This document shows, piece after piece, positions 62,730-64,000 of a stretch of 64,000 bases of DNA (its first letter is position 1; every line of letters begins with the position of its first letter). A program made the position numbers and the translations under genes. The notes below the pieces were generated by a model, which was given only the letters and a program-made list of their open reading frames with translations, was not told the DNA's origin and made no database searches. Source of the stretch: Podospora anserina (taxonomy: Eukaryota); assembly GCA_017654855.1 (NCBI GenBank), contig CM030337.1, forward strand, positions 1,736,001 through 1,800,000, in the 5' to 3' direction.

Positions 62730-62963
62730 GGTGAAGGATGTGAAGCTGGAGTGTTTTTGAGGCTGGAATAGAAAGTGAATTTTGAGTGTAAAGTTGATTT
62801 GTCAGAAAGAGAAATAATTAACTCGGATTCAAGTCTAGGCCGAGCGGCCCGTGCGACCGATTGGCTCCGTCTCCATCTATGATAGGCATGCATTTCGAAC
62901 CCTTCGTCTGGGTCATTGCCAAAAACCCTCTTCCTCACCATCACAGCACCAAATCTTTGAGAC

Positions 62964-63706
62964 TCAATTCCCCAAAGAGAGCCCCAGAATGCGCTGCAAA
63001 AGACCCGAAAACCCCCCAGACTCTTCCTCCTCTTCCGTTTCCGGAGATCCTGCAGCTTGCAGTCAGCAACTTCCTCCCTGTGACAGCATCGAACAAAGGC
63101 CAACTTACGCCCAATAACATCAAACTTCGACTTGGTCTTTCCTGGATCAATCGCGCGAGCCGGGATCCCATGCAAACAAATGTACGCCCCTCGCTTGTGA
63201 GATTCTTGCACTTTTGAATCGATCTTGCTTCCAAGACCAAACCGATCGACAAGCGTGCTAAGCTTGAAAAAGTGGACATCTGTGAGCGTTGACGTGTCGA
63301 TGGTGAGAATAAACCAGTCGTCTTCACCTGGCTCGCTTCTGCCCCATCTTTCCAGACAGAGTGCCCATCTTACGGCGTGCTGCTCGACCGAAAAGAACGT
63401 TATGAAAGGTGTCGGGCGCGTGCTACTCCAGTCGAAGTGATCCGCAACGGCGTCTTTGAAGAGTTGAGTAGCTCTGATTCTCGCGAATTGCGTGGTTGTG
63501 TCCCGGGCTTTGAGTCCACTGGTCTTGTTGTACAGTCCTGTATTTCCTCGGTATTGCACCCGGTAAAGATAACGCGGGAGGTCGCCGGGTGGGTGTCGAT
63601 ATGTGTCCATTGTTGATGTGCTCTCGACACTTTCTCGCCAAGCGGAAATTTCCTTGGATAACTCAGGTGCCAATAAGTAGTTGTTGAAGGGGAACGCCCC
63701 TGGCAT
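62964..63706 (-). CDS. Hypothetical fungal protein with LYRV..HFDW..TPFITFFS motif (possible ADP-ribosyltransferase-like fold), 2 exons
   Basis: Motif order R..S/T-x-F; a GTAAGT..GCTGAC..CAG intron leads to a stop at 62964. Confidence 0.55.
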
Positions 63707-64000
63707 TTAAGCCTTTGATCGTCGGGGGTTTCAATGTCGAAACTTCACCTGATAAGATGCGCAGTTTAACTAGCGAAGGATAAATAGTTGTGTGATTCAG
63801 CAGAGCCCCACGCACATGGTTGGTCGAGAGAGACACACATCGATGTACCTAAGTTAGCTAACCCAACAGACTCGGGGCCAGATAACAGAAAGAGAAGGTG
63901 TTGCGATGGTCTAGTGGTCGCCCAGCCTCCTCAGCCCAGAGCCTTTGCCTGGCTCAGTCTGGTGGTTGCTTGGCTTCACCAAACTTCGTGACAAGGCTGT

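Overview
This is intron-containing DNA from a filamentous ascomycete, probably a Sordariomycete. The left ~43.4 kb is the captain-proximal part of a Starship giant transposon. An apparently intact five-exon DUF3435-type tyrosine recombinase (40476-43050, minus strand) with four C-terminal C2H2 fingers starts ~350 bp from the 3' half of a 5S rRNA gene (43401-43461), the likely insertion target. The other element end lies left of the window. The cargo is dominated by divergent and often miniature chromatin and transcription regulators: a KDM4/5-like JmjC protein, a standalone EPR-1/BP1-type BAH domain, Myb-like, bZIP-like, MADS, C2H2 and BTB proteins, and an Est1/SMG6-like protein. It also carries an intact adjacent PD-(D/E)XK nuclease + kinase pair resembling a split SPOK toxin-antidote, and an ABC pseudogene apparently split by a ~29.5 kb block. 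Many cargo genes carry RIP-type TAG/TAA stops. The right ~20 kb is host accessory sequence: a subtilisin, a broken NACHT-ankyrin NLR, two HET-domain genes, small secreted proteins and an alpha/beta hydrolase. All family calls are by eye from motifs; no database searches were run.
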